From assembly GCA_947258385.1 (NCBI GenBank), contig CAMYII010000069.1:11106-75105 (forward strand): a stretch of 64,000 nucleotides of DNA, read 5' to 3'. Origin of the DNA: Acidiferrobacterales bacterium (GTDB lineage: Bacteria; Pseudomonadota; Gammaproteobacteria; Acidiferrobacterales; SZUA-150). Made by a program: the position numbers and the translations under genes. This document shows positions 20,191 through 29,900 of the stretch, piece after piece. The notes under the pieces were generated by a model. It worked only from the letters and a program-made list of their open reading frames with translations. It had not been told where the DNA came from and did no database searches. How positions within the stretch are numbered: the stretch's first letter is position 1; every line of letters begins with the position of its first letter.

Positions 20191-21123
20191 TCAGACTCCC
20201 ATGCGTTCGCGTGGATTGAACGGCATGGCCCTGGCCAGCTGCTCGTACAGGCGCCTGTGCTCGGACGTCTCCGCCTTCGGCGTACGGATCTGCAAGACGA
20301 CGTATTGGTCCCCCGCCGGGCTGTCCGGCAGCCCACGGCCCTTGAGGCGCAGCTTCTGACCGGACTGGGCGCCGGCCGGGACCTTGAGATCCACCGTGCC
20401 CCCAAGCGTCGGTACCGCCACCGTGGCGCCCAATGCAGCTTCCCAGGGGGCGAGCGGCAGGTTCAGGTAGACGTCGCGTCCCTCGACCCGGTACAAAGCG
20501 TGGGGTTCGAACAGGATCTCCAGGTACAGATCCCCGCGCGGGGCGTCACCCAGGCCCGCCCCGCCCTGGCCGCTCAGGCGGATCTTCTGGCCTTCGGTGA
20601 TGCCCGGCGGAATTTTTACGTTGAGCGTATGCGGGCGCATCGTGACGCGCCCACGGGCGTCCACCTCGGGAACCTGCAGGGTCAGCGTGCGCGTCGCCCC
20701 GTGATAGGCATCCTCGAGACCGATTTGCACCCGCGCCTGATGGTCCTCGCCGCGCAGGCCGGCGCCTGCGCGGCGGCCACGGCCCCCGAACAGGGCCTCG
20801 AAGAAATCGCTGAACTGCCCGGCATCGGCGCCGGTGAATCCACCGCCGCTGAATTCAAAACCGGCGTCCCATCCCGGCGGCGGGGTGAATTCCTGCCCCG
20901 CCTGCCACTCACCGCTCAGCAGGCGATCGTAGGCCGCGCGCTTCTCGGGGTCCTTGAGCGCTTCGTAGGCCTCGTTCACCTCCTTGAAGCGTTCCTCGGC
21001 ATCGGACTCCTTGCTGACGTCCGGATGGTATTTGCGCGCCAGCCTGCGGTAGGTGCGCTTGATATTGTCCTGGGTAGCCTCGCGCGCCAGGCCCAGGATC
21101 TTGTAATAGTCCTTGAATTCCAT
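20191..21123 (-). CDS. cbpA: DnaJ-class co-chaperone / curved DNA-binding protein
   Basis: MEFKDYYKILG..KYHPD J-domain, FSDFFEALFG, DnaJ C-terminal domain, no zinc finger. Confidence 0.93.
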   Translation of the reverse strand: MEFKDYYKILGLAREATQDNIKRTYRRLARKYHPDVSKESDAEERFKEVNEAYEALKDPEKRAAYDRLLSGEWQAGQEFTPPPGWDAGFEFSGGGFTGADAGQFSDFFEALFGGRGRRAGAGLRGEDHQARVQIGLEDAYHGATRTLTLQVPEVDARGRVTMRPHTLNVKIPPGITEGQKIRLSGQGGAGLGDAPRGDLYLEILFEPHALYRVEGRDVYLNLPLAPWEAALGATVAVPTLGGTVDLKVPAGAQSGQKLRLKGRGLPDSPAGDQYVVLQIRTPKAETSEHRRLYEQLARAMPFNPRERMGV

Positions 21124-21201
21124 ACGTTGTTATCCGCTTAAAGCCATCGTGCCATCGACACCCGGCATAGCCATCCGGATTGTCCTCGTTGACCAATTTA
21201 T

Positions 21202-21230
21202 ACATGGGGCTTCCGGGGCCGGTTTTCACC
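21202..21230 (-). promoter_or_regulatory. Putative sigma-32 (RpoH) promoter for cbpAM
   Basis: Minus strand GGTGAAA-N14-CCCCATGT resembles the CTTGAAA-N13-17-CCCCATNT consensus. Confidence 0.55.
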
Positions 21231-21253
21231 ATGACACGGATCGGCTTCGTGAC

Positions 21254-22132
21254 TCAGCGCAGGTGCTGACGGATAAACTTGGCGGCCCGCCAGTTGGCGT
21301 CTTTCGACGCCAGGTCATCGGCGAAGGTGCGCACCGTATCCGGACGGAAGTCGAAACCGCGACCCACGCCGGGATAGACGATGAGCTGCACCGGCCGCCC
21401 CTTGGCCTTCAAGGAATTCACGGCCGACTCGATCGAGCGGCGGCGCTGATACTGCTCGTCTTCGCCGATGAAGATCAGCGCCGGAATCTTGAGCCCATCG
21501 GCCTCCGCGGCATAGCTGTAGACCTGCAGCGGTTCCGGCGCATTGGGGTCCTGCATGTGCGGATACCAGGAGACATAGCAGGCGACATCCTTCTCCTGAC
21601 GCCCCTTGGTGACCGCAACCTTCAGGGTCATGTAGCCGCCGCGCGTGTGCGAGACCAGGCATACCTTCCTGCCCTTGATATCCGGCCGCGACAGCAACAG
21701 ATCGAGGCCTTTGTCGACGTCGTCCTCCACCGCATAGTCGTGCTCGATCGGATAGGGATCGATGAAACGCCCGCTGAACACCTCAGGGGCGAGCACCACG
21801 AAGCCGCGCGCGGCCAGGCGCCTGACCTTGAGCTGGATCAGCTGGTCCAGACCGCGGCGGCCGTGCTGGAACAATATTCCGGGGTATTTGCCCCGCTTCT
21901 TGGGGCGCGCGAGCATCGCCGACACCTCGGTGTCGCCGTTCTTATACGACAGCCAGCGCACATCGACGGCATAGTTGCTCGGCACTTCGAGCGTGCCTTG
22001 TTCCCACCACTTGGCATCCCACCACCACGGAAAGTCCGAGGTTTGCTCCTCGGCATGGGCCGCTGTCAGAATACCGACAAGCGGGATCATCAAAAGACAA
22101 GACTGTATAAAAGCTCTGATCAACCGCGGCAT
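21254..22132 (-). CDS. Exported dienelactone hydrolase-family alpha/beta hydrolase
   Basis: Signal peptide; LAARGFVVLAP, IPALIFIGEDE, YPGVGRGF; atypical nucleophile elbow SHTRGG. Confidence 0.7.
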   Translation of the reverse strand: MPRLIRAFIQSCLLMIPLVGILTAAHAEEQTSDFPWWWDAKWWEQGTLEVPSNYAVDVRWLSYKNGDTEVSAMLARPKKRGKYPGILFQHGRRGLDQLIQLKVRRLAARGFVVLAPEVFSGRFIDPYPIEHDYAVEDDVDKGLDLLLSRPDIKGRKVCLVSHTRGGYMTLKVAVTKGRQEKDVACYVSWYPHMQDPNAPEPLQVYSYAAEADGLKIPALIFIGEDEQYQRRRSIESAVNSLKAKGRPVQLIVYPGVGRGFDFRPDTVRTFADDLASKDANWRAAKFIRQHLR

Positions 22133-22196
22133 AGTGCCCCTCCAACAGCGGAATGATTCGTAAAGATCCTCTAAACTAATTCAAGACTTTCTTAAC

Positions 22197-22391
22197 TAGA
22201 ACCTATCTCAAGATACCTCCTACCCCTGGCACTGTGCAACAAACGCAGAGGTCGCGGAGGCGCAAAGGTCGCGAAGGAAGCAAAAACGCTTTATTTTGAA
22301 GTATTCTCTGCGTCCTCTGCGCCTTGGCGTGCTTTGCGTTGCTGGCAGGGCGTGAAGGCTTGCTGAGCGTTTGATCTTGAGACGGGTTCTA
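22197..22391. repeat. Repeat family A, copy 2 (most complete, with terminal inverted repeats)
   Basis: TAGAACCTATCTCAAGAT ... ATCTTGAGACGGGTTCTA (16/18 inverted match) enclosing a long internal hairpin. Confidence 0.9.
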
Positions 22392-22430
22392 TTGAAAAAA
22401 ATCAACAAATCAGCAATTGACGCAAATCAT
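22392..22430. promoter_or_regulatory. Two FNR/CRP-family-like boxes upstream of hsp20
   Basis: TTGAA-AAAA-ATCAA (22392-22405) and TTGAC-GCAA-ATCAT (22417-22430) versus TTGAT-N4-ATCAA. Confidence 0.45.
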
Positions 22431-22531
22431 TGCGCCGCACCACGATTTTCTTTATTTTGTTAGACGTCTGAGCGGTTCTATCAGCGCTTATAGGGAAATA
22501 TACCCTCACAATTGGATATGGAGGAACGATC

Positions 22532-23062
22532 ATGACAGCCGAACCCGAAACGATTGAACCTCAGCAAAAGACGGCTTCTGAGAAGCCAGGCAAGGCCATC
22601 GAAAAGCCCGCGCCAGCACGCGCCGTGAGCCCCTTTGAGGAGATGGAACGGATGATGGAGGGCTTCTTCCCCCGCGGTTGGCTGCGCCCATTCCGCTGGC
22701 AGTGGCCCTCCTGGGGCGAGCTGCCCGCGCCGTTTGCGGGCAAAATCCCGCATGTGGACGTCATCGACCGGGATGAGGAGATCGTAATCCGTGCCGAGGT
22801 CCCCGGGGTCGAGAAAAAAGACCTCGATGTCTCACTGACCGAGAACACCGCGACGATCAAGGGCGCGGCCAGGCGCGAGGAGAAAGCGGAAAAGGGCGAT
22901 TATTACCGCTGCGAGATCTCCCGCGGCGCCTTCGCCCGCACCGTCATGCTGCCGGCCGAGGTCGATGCCGACAAGGCCAAGGCAAGCTTCAAGGATGGGG
23001 TCCTGGAGCTCACCCTGCCGAAGGTCGAGAGGTCGAAACGGCGCAGCGTTAAATTGGACTAA
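22532..23062 (+). CDS. Small heat-shock protein (Hsp20/alpha-crystallin)
   Basis: PHVDVID..AEVPGV.K.DLDV, GAFARTVMLP, ASFKDGVLELTLPK; GGAGG RBS. Confidence 0.95.
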   Translation: MTAEPETIEPQQKTASEKPGKAIEKPAPARAVSPFEEMERMMEGFFPRGWLRPFRWQWPSWGELPAPFAGKIPHVDVIDRDEEIVIRAEVPGVEKKDLDVSLTENTATIKGAARREEKAEKGDYYRCEISRGAFARTVMLPAEVDADKAKASFKDGVLELTLPKVERSKRRSVKLD

Positions 23063-23171
23063 CAGGCTGCTGAAAAAGTCCTTGCACGGACTTTTTGTAT
23101 GCCTTGCGTCGCCGGCGGTACGTCCTGTGGCGCCTGGGAGCTTGCGGAAAAACACGTTTTTCAGCAAACTG
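23063..23171. repeat. Repeat family B, longer copy (IS-end-like inverted repeats)
   Basis: CAGGCTGCTGAAAAA ... TTTTTCAGCAAACTG, directly after the hsp20 TAA. Confidence 0.7.
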
Positions 23172-23224
23172 CCAGTGGTCCGGGCGGCGATACCTTGCCG
23201 CACGGAATGGAGGAAGTTTTAGGA

Positions 23225-23593
23225 ATGGAACACCGTTGGAATATACGCCTGCCTGTCAGGCTCGATGTCGGGCTCAAGATTCCGCAGGCCGGCCTGCTGC
23301 ACGGCCGGACCAGCGACATCGGCCCGGGCGGCATGTTCATCAATACCGGGGCAATCGCACTTCAGACCAACACTCCCGTCGAAGCGCTGTTGACCTTGCG
23401 CGAGACCAAGGCCAACCACAGCTATCGCATCCCCTGTGTCGTGATTCACGCGACCCCAGAGGGTGTGGGCGTGATGTTCACCGAGTTCAACCGCAGTACC
23501 GCCCGCGCACTGAAGGCGCTGTTGCGGATCTATGACCTTGGCACCGCTTGGTGGCAGACCCCGCAAACGGGTACACCCGATCCGCAGGCATAG
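23225..23593 (+). CDS. PilZ domain protein
   Basis: EHRWNIR (RxxxR) and DIGPGG (D/NxSxxG-like) motifs; GVGVMF. Confidence 0.85.
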   Translation: MEHRWNIRLPVRLDVGLKIPQAGLLHGRTSDIGPGGMFINTGAIALQTNTPVEALLTLRETKANHSYRIPCVVIHATPEGVGVMFTEFNRSTARALKALLRIYDLGTAWWQTPQTGTPDPQA

Positions 23594-23656
23594 GCAGAGG
23601 CTATATCGACCACAAGAAATCGAACCGATCCAATTTATCTACACGAGGAGGGCGTC

Positions 23657-24356
23657 ATGGCAAATTCCCCACGCAAAGCCGGCACAAAAGGTGCGGCCGG
23701 CGGTAGTCGAAAAGGCAAAGCGGCTGCGGCGGGCCCAGCCGTCACCGAGGAAGAACGCCAGCGCATGATCGCCGAGGCGGCCTATCTCCGTGCCGCCCAA
23801 CGCGAATTTAACGGCGGTGACCCGGCCGCTGACTGGGCGGACGCCGAGGCCGAAATCAACAAAAGGTTGCTACCAAAGGGCAAACAGCAGCACTTACCAA
23901 GCCCGAAACAGCAGAAAGCCGAGCTCGCCGCCTATGAACGGCTGCGCGAAGAAGCAAAAAAACGCTTCGCCGAGATAAAAGATACCGTCAATGCAGACGC
24001 CATCCGCGACAGCATCGACGCGGTGCGCGCGCGCGCCGCCGAGGTGCTCTCGGCCCACTACCTCGTGGGCTACCCCGGCCGGGAGATGACCACGGCGAGG
24101 AACCTCCGGCTCACGCCGCTGCACGCGAGGCTCGCCGCGCGGGGCGCCTTCTTCGGCGAGCGCTCCGGCTGGGAGCGCGCGAGCTGGTTCGCGCCCGGCT
24201 GCAGCAGCGCATGAAACTTACGACGCCGGTGACATGGCCTCCAAGGGAACATTTGCCTGCATCGCCTGCGATGAGCGCATCACCCTGCAGACCGCGGGGC
24301 ACCTGCCGACGTGCCCGAATTGTAACCAGGCGAAGTTCCGGCGCGTCCCGGACTGA
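23657..24356 (+). pseudogene. DUF2934 + zinc-ribbon (DUF1451-like) gene, disrupted by a foreign fragment
   Basis: ERQRMIAEAAYLRA..DWADAEAEI at the N-terminus; out-of-frame C-terminus HETYDAGDMASKGTFACIAC..LPTCPNC..FRR* (24210-24356); GcvT-like fragment between them. Confidence 0.7.
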
Positions 24357-24404
24357 TAGGCGGCCGGCGGGCGGTGCCCGTTCGGATCGCCGCACGGATC
24401 CCGA

Positions 24405-25238
24405 ATGAGGGATGCTGCCTGCGTGCAGTTCATGCAGTGGGCTTTGCCGCGGCTGCGCATGCGCTGGGCGGGCTTCCGCAAGGTACGCCGGCAGGTCTGT
24501 AAGCGCATCCAGCGGCGCATCAACGCATTACAACTCGCCGGTGCGGCAGATTATCGCGGCTATCTGCGGGTCCATCCGGCCGAATGGGATGTGCTCGATG
24601 GACTTTGTCACATTACGATCTCCCGGTTCTATCGCGACAAGGGGGCGTTTGATTTTCTTGGCGAGGAGGTGCTTCCAGCACTGGTACGCCTGGCAGCCGC
24701 GCGCGGCGACAGCATGATCAAATGCTGGAGCGCCGGATGCGGCTGCGGCGAAGAACCCTATACACTCGCGTTGATCTGGTATTTTTGCGCACCATCCGCC
24801 CGCCAATCCTCGGACATAGCAATCACCGCGACGGATATCGACCCCCGCCTGCTCGCCCGCGCCGAGCGCGCCTGTTATCCCGGCAGCAGCGTGAAGGCGT
24901 TGCCCGATCGGTGGCTGACGCTGGCGTTCGATCGAACGGGTGACCAATATTGTCTGCGGCCGGCATTGCGTAACAGCGTGAGCTTCATGGCGCAGGACAT
25001 GCGCCAGACACGGCCTGACGGTCCCTTTGACCTGATCTTGTGCCGCAACCTGGTCTTCACCTATTTTGACCGCGAGCGCCAACGGCAAATCCTCGCACAA
25101 TTAAATGAGCGTCTGCGCCCGGGGGGCGCGCTTATGATCGGTTCCCATGAAACGCTGCCCGATAGCGTTGCCGGTCTGTGTCCCCCGTGCGCGCACGTAC
25201 CGATTTACCGCAAAGCGGTCGAACACCGGGCGGGCTGA
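24405..25238 (+). CDS. CheR-family protein-glutamate O-methyltransferase (orphan)
   Basis: ITISRFYRD, WSAGCGCGEEPYTLA, ATDID, FDLILCRN..YFD, GSHE. Confidence 0.9.
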   Translation: MRDAACVQFMQWALPRLRMRWAGFRKVRRQVCKRIQRRINALQLAGAADYRGYLRVHPAEWDVLDGLCHITISRFYRDKGAFDFLGEEVLPALVRLAAARGDSMIKCWSAGCGCGEEPYTLALIWYFCAPSARQSSDIAITATDIDPRLLARAERACYPGSSVKALPDRWLTLAFDRTGDQYCLRPALRNSVSFMAQDMRQTRPDGPFDLILCRNLVFTYFDRERQRQILAQLNERLRPGGALMIGSHETLPDSVAGLCPPCAHVPIYRKAVEHRAG

Positions 25239-25844
25239 ATGCCAAAGAGATTCCGCTGCGAACTCATCAGTTGGCGCCGGGTCTACCAGCTGGCACGCCG
25301 TCTCGCATTGGACATCAGCAACGCACGCTTTCAACCCGACATCATCGTGGCCGTCGCCCGCGGGGGTTATGTCCCGGCGCGGATACTGTGCGATTTTCTG
25401 AACGTCTACCGGCTGGCCAGCGTCAGCGCCACACATTACGCCGCCGGCGCCCGCCAACTGGGCCGCGCCCGCCTGGGCGCGTCACTCGACACCGACATCA
25501 GCGGCCTGAAGGTCCTGGTCGTGGACGACACCAGCGATACGGGGGACACCCTCGGGCTGGTTCTCGAGCACATCAAAGCCCTGAACCCGGCGTCGGTCAA
25601 CGTCGCGGTCCTGCATTACAAAAAGGTCTCCGCCGTTGTACCGGATTTTTTTGCACAAAAGGTGGTTAAATGGCGCTGGATCATCTATCCCTGGGCCGTG
25701 ATCGAGGACATCACAGGCTTTATACAGGACATGGCCAACAGGCCCGGCACGCCGGAGCGAGCCGCCGTTCGACTGAAAAGGGATTATGGTGTACAAATAC
25801 CAAAGCAAATCCTGAGTGACGTCTATACGTTGCTTCGATCATGA
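25239..25844 (+). CDS. Type I phosphoribosyltransferase (purine PRTase-like)
   Basis: IVAVARGG, VLVVDDTSDTGDTL PRPP motif, WIIYPW. Confidence 0.9.
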   Translation: MPKRFRCELISWRRVYQLARRLALDISNARFQPDIIVAVARGGYVPARILCDFLNVYRLASVSATHYAAGARQLGRARLGASLDTDISGLKVLVVDDTSDTGDTLGLVLEHIKALNPASVNVAVLHYKKVSAVVPDFFAQKVVKWRWIIYPWAVIEDITGFIQDMANRPGTPERAAVRLKRDYGVQIPKQILSDVYTLLRS

Positions 25845-25881
25845 GCATTCCAACGACACAGCCACTTGGAGGAATCCGATC

Positions 25882-26181
25882 ATGGCAGAGTCGCAAAAAC
25901 CCATCATCGATGGCTGGTATGAAGACCACGAAGGGCGGGTCTTGAAAGTGGTGGCAATCGATGAGGATGCAGGCACCGTCGAGGTCCAGTATTTCGAGGG
26001 CGACATCGAGGAATTCGATCTCGATACCTGGGAACAGCTCGAGCTGGAACCGGTGGCAACGCCGGAAGACTGGACCGGCCCCTTCGATGACCTGATAGCG
26101 GACGATCTCGGCGACACCGACCGGCCCATGCGACCGGAAAACTGGAACGGCCCCGCGGACGAAATGGATCTCAAAGACTAA
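25882..26181 (+). CDS. Small acidic conserved hypothetical protein (DUF6763-like)
   Basis: P..GWY..VVAIDE..VEVQYFEGDIEE..W..PEDWTGP pattern; GGAGG RBS. Confidence 0.7.
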   Translation: MAESQKPIIDGWYEDHEGRVLKVVAIDEDAGTVEVQYFEGDIEEFDLDTWEQLELEPVATPEDWTGPFDDLIADDLGDTDRPMRPENWNGPADEMDLKD

Positions 26182-26350
26182 AGTGTACGATTTGTCTGCG
26201 GAACCTTTGACTTGCCCAGAGCATCCCTGGGATGATTGTGCCGGTGCTTTCCTACTAAACTTTGCTGCGCGTAGCGTAGGAGTCAACAGGGACCACGCCT
26301 GAGCCCGATAGGGATTTCAACCGACACCACACCGAGACGGGGAGAAATCC

Positions 26351-27712
26351 ATGTCAGACACCAAGATACTGCTTGACGAGTCAGAGATCCCTACCCACTG
26401 GTACAACGTCGTCGCGGATATGCCTATTCGCCCGGCCCCGCCGCTGGGCCCGGATGGCCGGCCGCTCGGTCCCGAGGCGCTGGCCGCCATCTTTCCCATG
26501 GCCTTGATCGAACAGGAGATGTCGACCGAACGCTGGATCTCGATCCCGGAGCCGGTACGCGAGATCTATCGCCTGTGGCGACCGTCGCCACTGTGCCGCG
26601 CCCGCCGACTGGAGCAAACACTGGGAACGCCCGCCAGGATCTACTACAAGTACGAGGGCATCAGCCCGGCCGGCTCCCACAAACCCAACACCGCGGTCGC
26701 GCAAGCGTATTACAACAAGCAGGCCGGCATCACCCGCCTCGCCACCGAGACCGGCGCCGGCCAGTGGGGTTCGGCGCTTGCGCTCGCCGGTCAGATGTTT
26801 GGCATCGAGGTGCGGGTCTATATGGTCAAGGTGAGTTTTCACCAAAAACCCTACCGTCGTTCCATGATGCAGACCTGGGGCGCGGAGGTGCTGGCGAGCC
26901 CGACCGACATCACCGAATCAGGCCGCAAGGCGCTCGCGCAGGACCCGGAATCCCCGGGCTCCCTGGGCCTCGCCATTTCCGAGGCGGTGGAAGAAGCGGC
27001 CTCGCGCGAGGACACCAATTATTCACTCGGCTCGGTGCTGAACCATGTGCTGCTGCACCAGACCGTGATCGGCCTGGAAGCAAAGAAGCAGTTCGAGAAG
27101 GTGGGCGATTACCCCGATATCATCTACGCCCCCTGCGGGGGCGGTTCCAATTTCGGCGGCGCGGCCTTTCCGTTCTTCGCCGACAAGGCCGCCGGCAAAG
27201 AGGTGCGGCTGGTGGCGGTGGAACCGGCCTCGTGCCCGACGCTCACCCGGGGGCATTTCGCCTACGACTACGGCGACACCGCGGGACTCACGCCGCTCAT
27301 GCATATGTACACGCTCGGGCATGACTTCATGCCACCGAGCATCCATGCCGGCGGGCTGCGCTACCACGGCGACTCGGTGCTGGTATCCCAGCTATACCAC
27401 GATGGCCTGGTCGATGCCGTGGCGGTTCCGCAAATCGCAACCTTCGAGGCCGGTGTCACCTTCTCGCGCTGCGAAGGCATCATCCCGGCGCCCGAGTCCA
27501 ATCATGCGATACGCGCCTGCATCGACGACGCGTTAAAGTGCAAGGAGACGGGCGAACCGAAAACCCTGTTCTTCAATCTCTCCGGCCACGGCCACTTCGA
27601 TATGGCGGCCTACGACAAATATTTCAGCGGTGAGCTCGAAGACTACGACTATCCGGAGCAGGCGATCAAAGCGGCGCTGCACAATCTGCCCAAACTCGCC
27701 AGCGCCGGATAG
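26351..27712 (+). CDS. trpB2: TrpB2-type tryptophan synthase beta-like PLP enzyme
   Basis: [49 protein letters not shown]; no trpA nearby. Confidence 0.93.
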   Translation: MSDTKILLDESEIPTHWYNVVADMPIRPAPPLGPDGRPLGPEALAAIFPMALIEQEMSTERWISIPEPVREIYRLWRPSPLCRARRLEQTLGTPARIYYKYEGISPAGSHKPNTAVAQAYYNKQAGITRLATETGAGQWGSALALAGQMFGIEVRVYMVKVSFHQKPYRRSMMQTWGAEVLASPTDITESGRKALAQDPESPGSLGLAISEAVEEAASREDTNYSLGSVLNHVLLHQTVIGLEAKKQFEKVGDYPDIIYAPCGGGSNFGGAAFPFFADKAAGKEVRLVAVEPASCPTLTRGHFAYDYGDTAGLTPLMHMYTLGHDFMPPSIHAGGLRYHGDSVLVSQLYHDGLVDAVAVPQIATFEAGVTFSRCEGIIPAPESNHAIRACIDDALKCKETGEPKTLFFNLSGHGHFDMAAYDKYFSGELEDYDYPEQAIKAALHNLPKLASAG

Positions 27713-27724
27713 ACCGGTCGCCGT

Positions 27725-27768
27725 ACTAGCAGGTTGCTGCAGGACTTGTTTTTCAGCAACCTGCTAGT
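27725..27768. terminator. Repeat family B hairpin between convergent genes (possible bidirectional terminator)
   Basis: ACTAGCAGGTTGCTG ... CAGCAACCTGCTAGT, perfect 15-bp stem overlapping the cytochrome stop codon. Confidence 0.7.
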
Positions 27769-28135
27769 TTTCCGGCGGCGGCATCAGCGAGGAAGGAATC
27801 GGCGCCCTGCGATACTGTTTCGTCGGCGCATAGTTGGTCGACAGATAATCCAGGATCAGATCCTCCGTCTTCGCATCGAACTGCCAAAGCCCCTGGGTCG
27901 CCTGCATCCAGCGGATGATATCCGTCCAGGTCTGCCGGTCGCCTTTCTGACTTAGGATAAACTTGGCCGAGTGGCAGATCGTACAATTGGTTTTTACCGT
28001 TTCGAAGCCCCGGTCGATGATGAGGCCGGTCTGTTCATCGATGCGTTTCTGATCGGTCGTCTTGGCGAACGTCATCGACGCCGACAGGCAAGACCAAAGC
28101 ACAACACCTATTAATGTTAATGATCGCATCTTCAT
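27764..28135 (-). CDS. Monoheme cytochrome c, SorB-like partner of sulfite dehydrogenase
   Basis: Signal peptide; NCTICHS; W...IRWMQATQGLW; 12 bp downstream of the sulfite oxidase gene. Confidence 0.85.
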   Translation of the reverse strand: MKMRSLTLIGVVLWSCLSASMTFAKTTDQKRIDEQTGLIIDRGFETVKTNCTICHSAKFILSQKGDRQTWTDIIRWMQATQGLWQFDAKTEDLILDYLSTNYAPTKQYRRAPIPSSLMPPPEN

Positions 28136-28147
28136 CGCATTACCGCC

Positions 28148-29470
28148 TCATACGACCCGCACGGCGATGCGATGACAGGCGTTGTTGAGGTACCCGCGCG
28201 GGTTCCATCCCGGCAATACCATGGGTTGGGAGGTGCCGGCGCTGTCCACCGCCCTGGCCCATACCTCATAATATCCGCTCTCCGGAAATTCGACCTCGGC
28301 CTGCCAGCGCTGCCAGGCGAGTCGGTTTTTCGGCGCATTGAGATCGGCCCTGGACCAGGTGGCACCGAAATCAATCGAGACATACATGCGCCTGACCCTG
28401 CGATCCCCCGCCCAGGCGTGACCCCTGAGCGCAAGCGCCTCGCTGCGTTGATGCAGGATGCCTGACTTGGGATAAGTAATAATCGACTTGACCGGCATGG
28501 ATTCGATGATGCACATATCCTCGTCGGCCACCCGCGTGCCCGGGGCCACCGACTTGCAGGGTACCCGGTAAGACTGTCCGGTCATCTTCGGTCCGTCATG
28601 GACCTCGCTTCTGATGACAATTTTTCTGAGCCATTTACCGGAGGTGGAGGCCGGCCAGCCCCCGCACACGAGCCGCAGCGGATAGCCGTTTAGATGGGGG
28701 ATGTCCTCGCCGTTCATGGCCCAGGCGATGAGCGTTTCGTTCTCCAGCGCTTTTGACATCGGCACCCCCCGGGAAATCGGCACCTTGTCGGGATTGCCGC
28801 TCAGATGCGTGTCTGCGCCGTAATAACCGATATAAACCGCATCGTCTTTGATACCGCAATGCGTGAGCACGTCCTTTAACCTCACCCCGGTCCAGGCCGG
28901 ACACCCGATCGCGCCGACAGTCCATTGATTGCCTTTGGCGGGCGGATTGAATTCGCTCCTGCCATTGCCACCGCACTCGATCTGAAGCCGATAGGTATAG
29001 TGCTTGAACTGCGCTTTCAGCTCATCGAGGGTGAAGCTCGTCGGGCGCTCGCAGGATTCACCGGCGATCTCAAGGGTCCAGGATTTCGGATCGATCTTCT
29101 GGCGCTCAGGGGGAACACCGTTGTTGCGCACGAACAGGCGATGCGCCGGCGTCACCTCGTCATCAAGCAAGTGCGCGGGTGTCTCCGCGTTGATCGGCCG
29201 GTCATTCAAGACGATCAGGTCCTCCTTTCCTGGGATCGCAAACGGCTCGTCCGTGCCGGCAAGCGCCGCCGGTATCAGGCCACCCGGCATCTTGTGGGCG
29301 AACGGGATATGGGCGCCCAACACTGCGCTCATGGCGAGCAGTCCGCTTTTTTTCAGGAAACCGCGCCGCGTAAGCGGATCGACCTCCCTGCCCCATAACA
29401 CGCGATCGGCCTTGACGGCGTCCTCGTCATACAGTTCATGGATACCGCGCTGGTGTTTCTTTCCGCTCAT
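28148..29470 (-). CDS. Sulfite oxidase-family molybdoenzyme (SorA-like sulfite dehydrogenase), Tat exported
   Basis: TRRGFLK Tat motif; FVRNNG, ECGGNGR (Mo-ligating Cys), WTGVRL, MNGE.IP.LNGYPLR, KWL. Confidence 0.92.
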   Translation of the reverse strand: MSGKKHQRGIHELYDEDAVKADRVLWGREVDPLTRRGFLKKSGLLAMSAVLGAHIPFAHKMPGGLIPAALAGTDEPFAIPGKEDLIVLNDRPINAETPAHLLDDEVTPAHRLFVRNNGVPPERQKIDPKSWTLEIAGESCERPTSFTLDELKAQFKHYTYRLQIECGGNGRSEFNPPAKGNQWTVGAIGCPAWTGVRLKDVLTHCGIKDDAVYIGYYGADTHLSGNPDKVPISRGVPMSKALENETLIAWAMNGEDIPHLNGYPLRLVCGGWPASTSGKWLRKIVIRSEVHDGPKMTGQSYRVPCKSVAPGTRVADEDMCIIESMPVKSIITYPKSGILHQRSEALALRGHAWAGDRRVRRMYVSIDFGATWSRADLNAPKNRLAWQRWQAEVEFPESGYYEVWARAVDSAGTSQPMVLPGWNPRGYLNNACHRIAVRVV

Positions 29471-29900
29471 CGTAGATCTCCCACCTGAATGCAACTGCGA
29501 AGATGAAGGTTTTCTGTTTCCCCTACACCGTAGGTTAACAGCGCGAAAGCGAATTTATTTAATCGAATTTGTTACCGAGCCATAAGAAACTTAAATGCCT
29601 AAGGCGGAATAAAAAAGCATGTCGGATTACACATCGGGATTGTGACGAGGCATGTATCGACACGCTGTACCGCACCCAGGCGCATCGCCTAAAATGCCGG
29701 CAATCGTTGTCACGACGCGGACACGGCACCCGGGCGAGCGAGTTCGCCGCGGGGACACCCTTGCTTTCCGCCCCTCGAATTTATAATATCACTAAACTTG
29801 CGGTCTTTTCGGGACCTCATCGCTTACCGCGGTGAGATCCTCGCTCATTTGGGCGTATTCTGTCGTATGTGCACGCCGAGAATCGTTTAGAGGTGAAGCC

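Noticed and set aside
17930-21141. Long antisense ORFs (17930-19738, 19957-21141; likewise 60260-62095, 62394-63689, 1557-2723)
   Set aside because: Shadow frames opposite well-supported genes in GC-rich DNA; no recognisable motifs
28148-29470. SoxC of a Sox pathway
   Set aside because: No soxXYZAB in the window, and the partner is a small monoheme protein more like SorB
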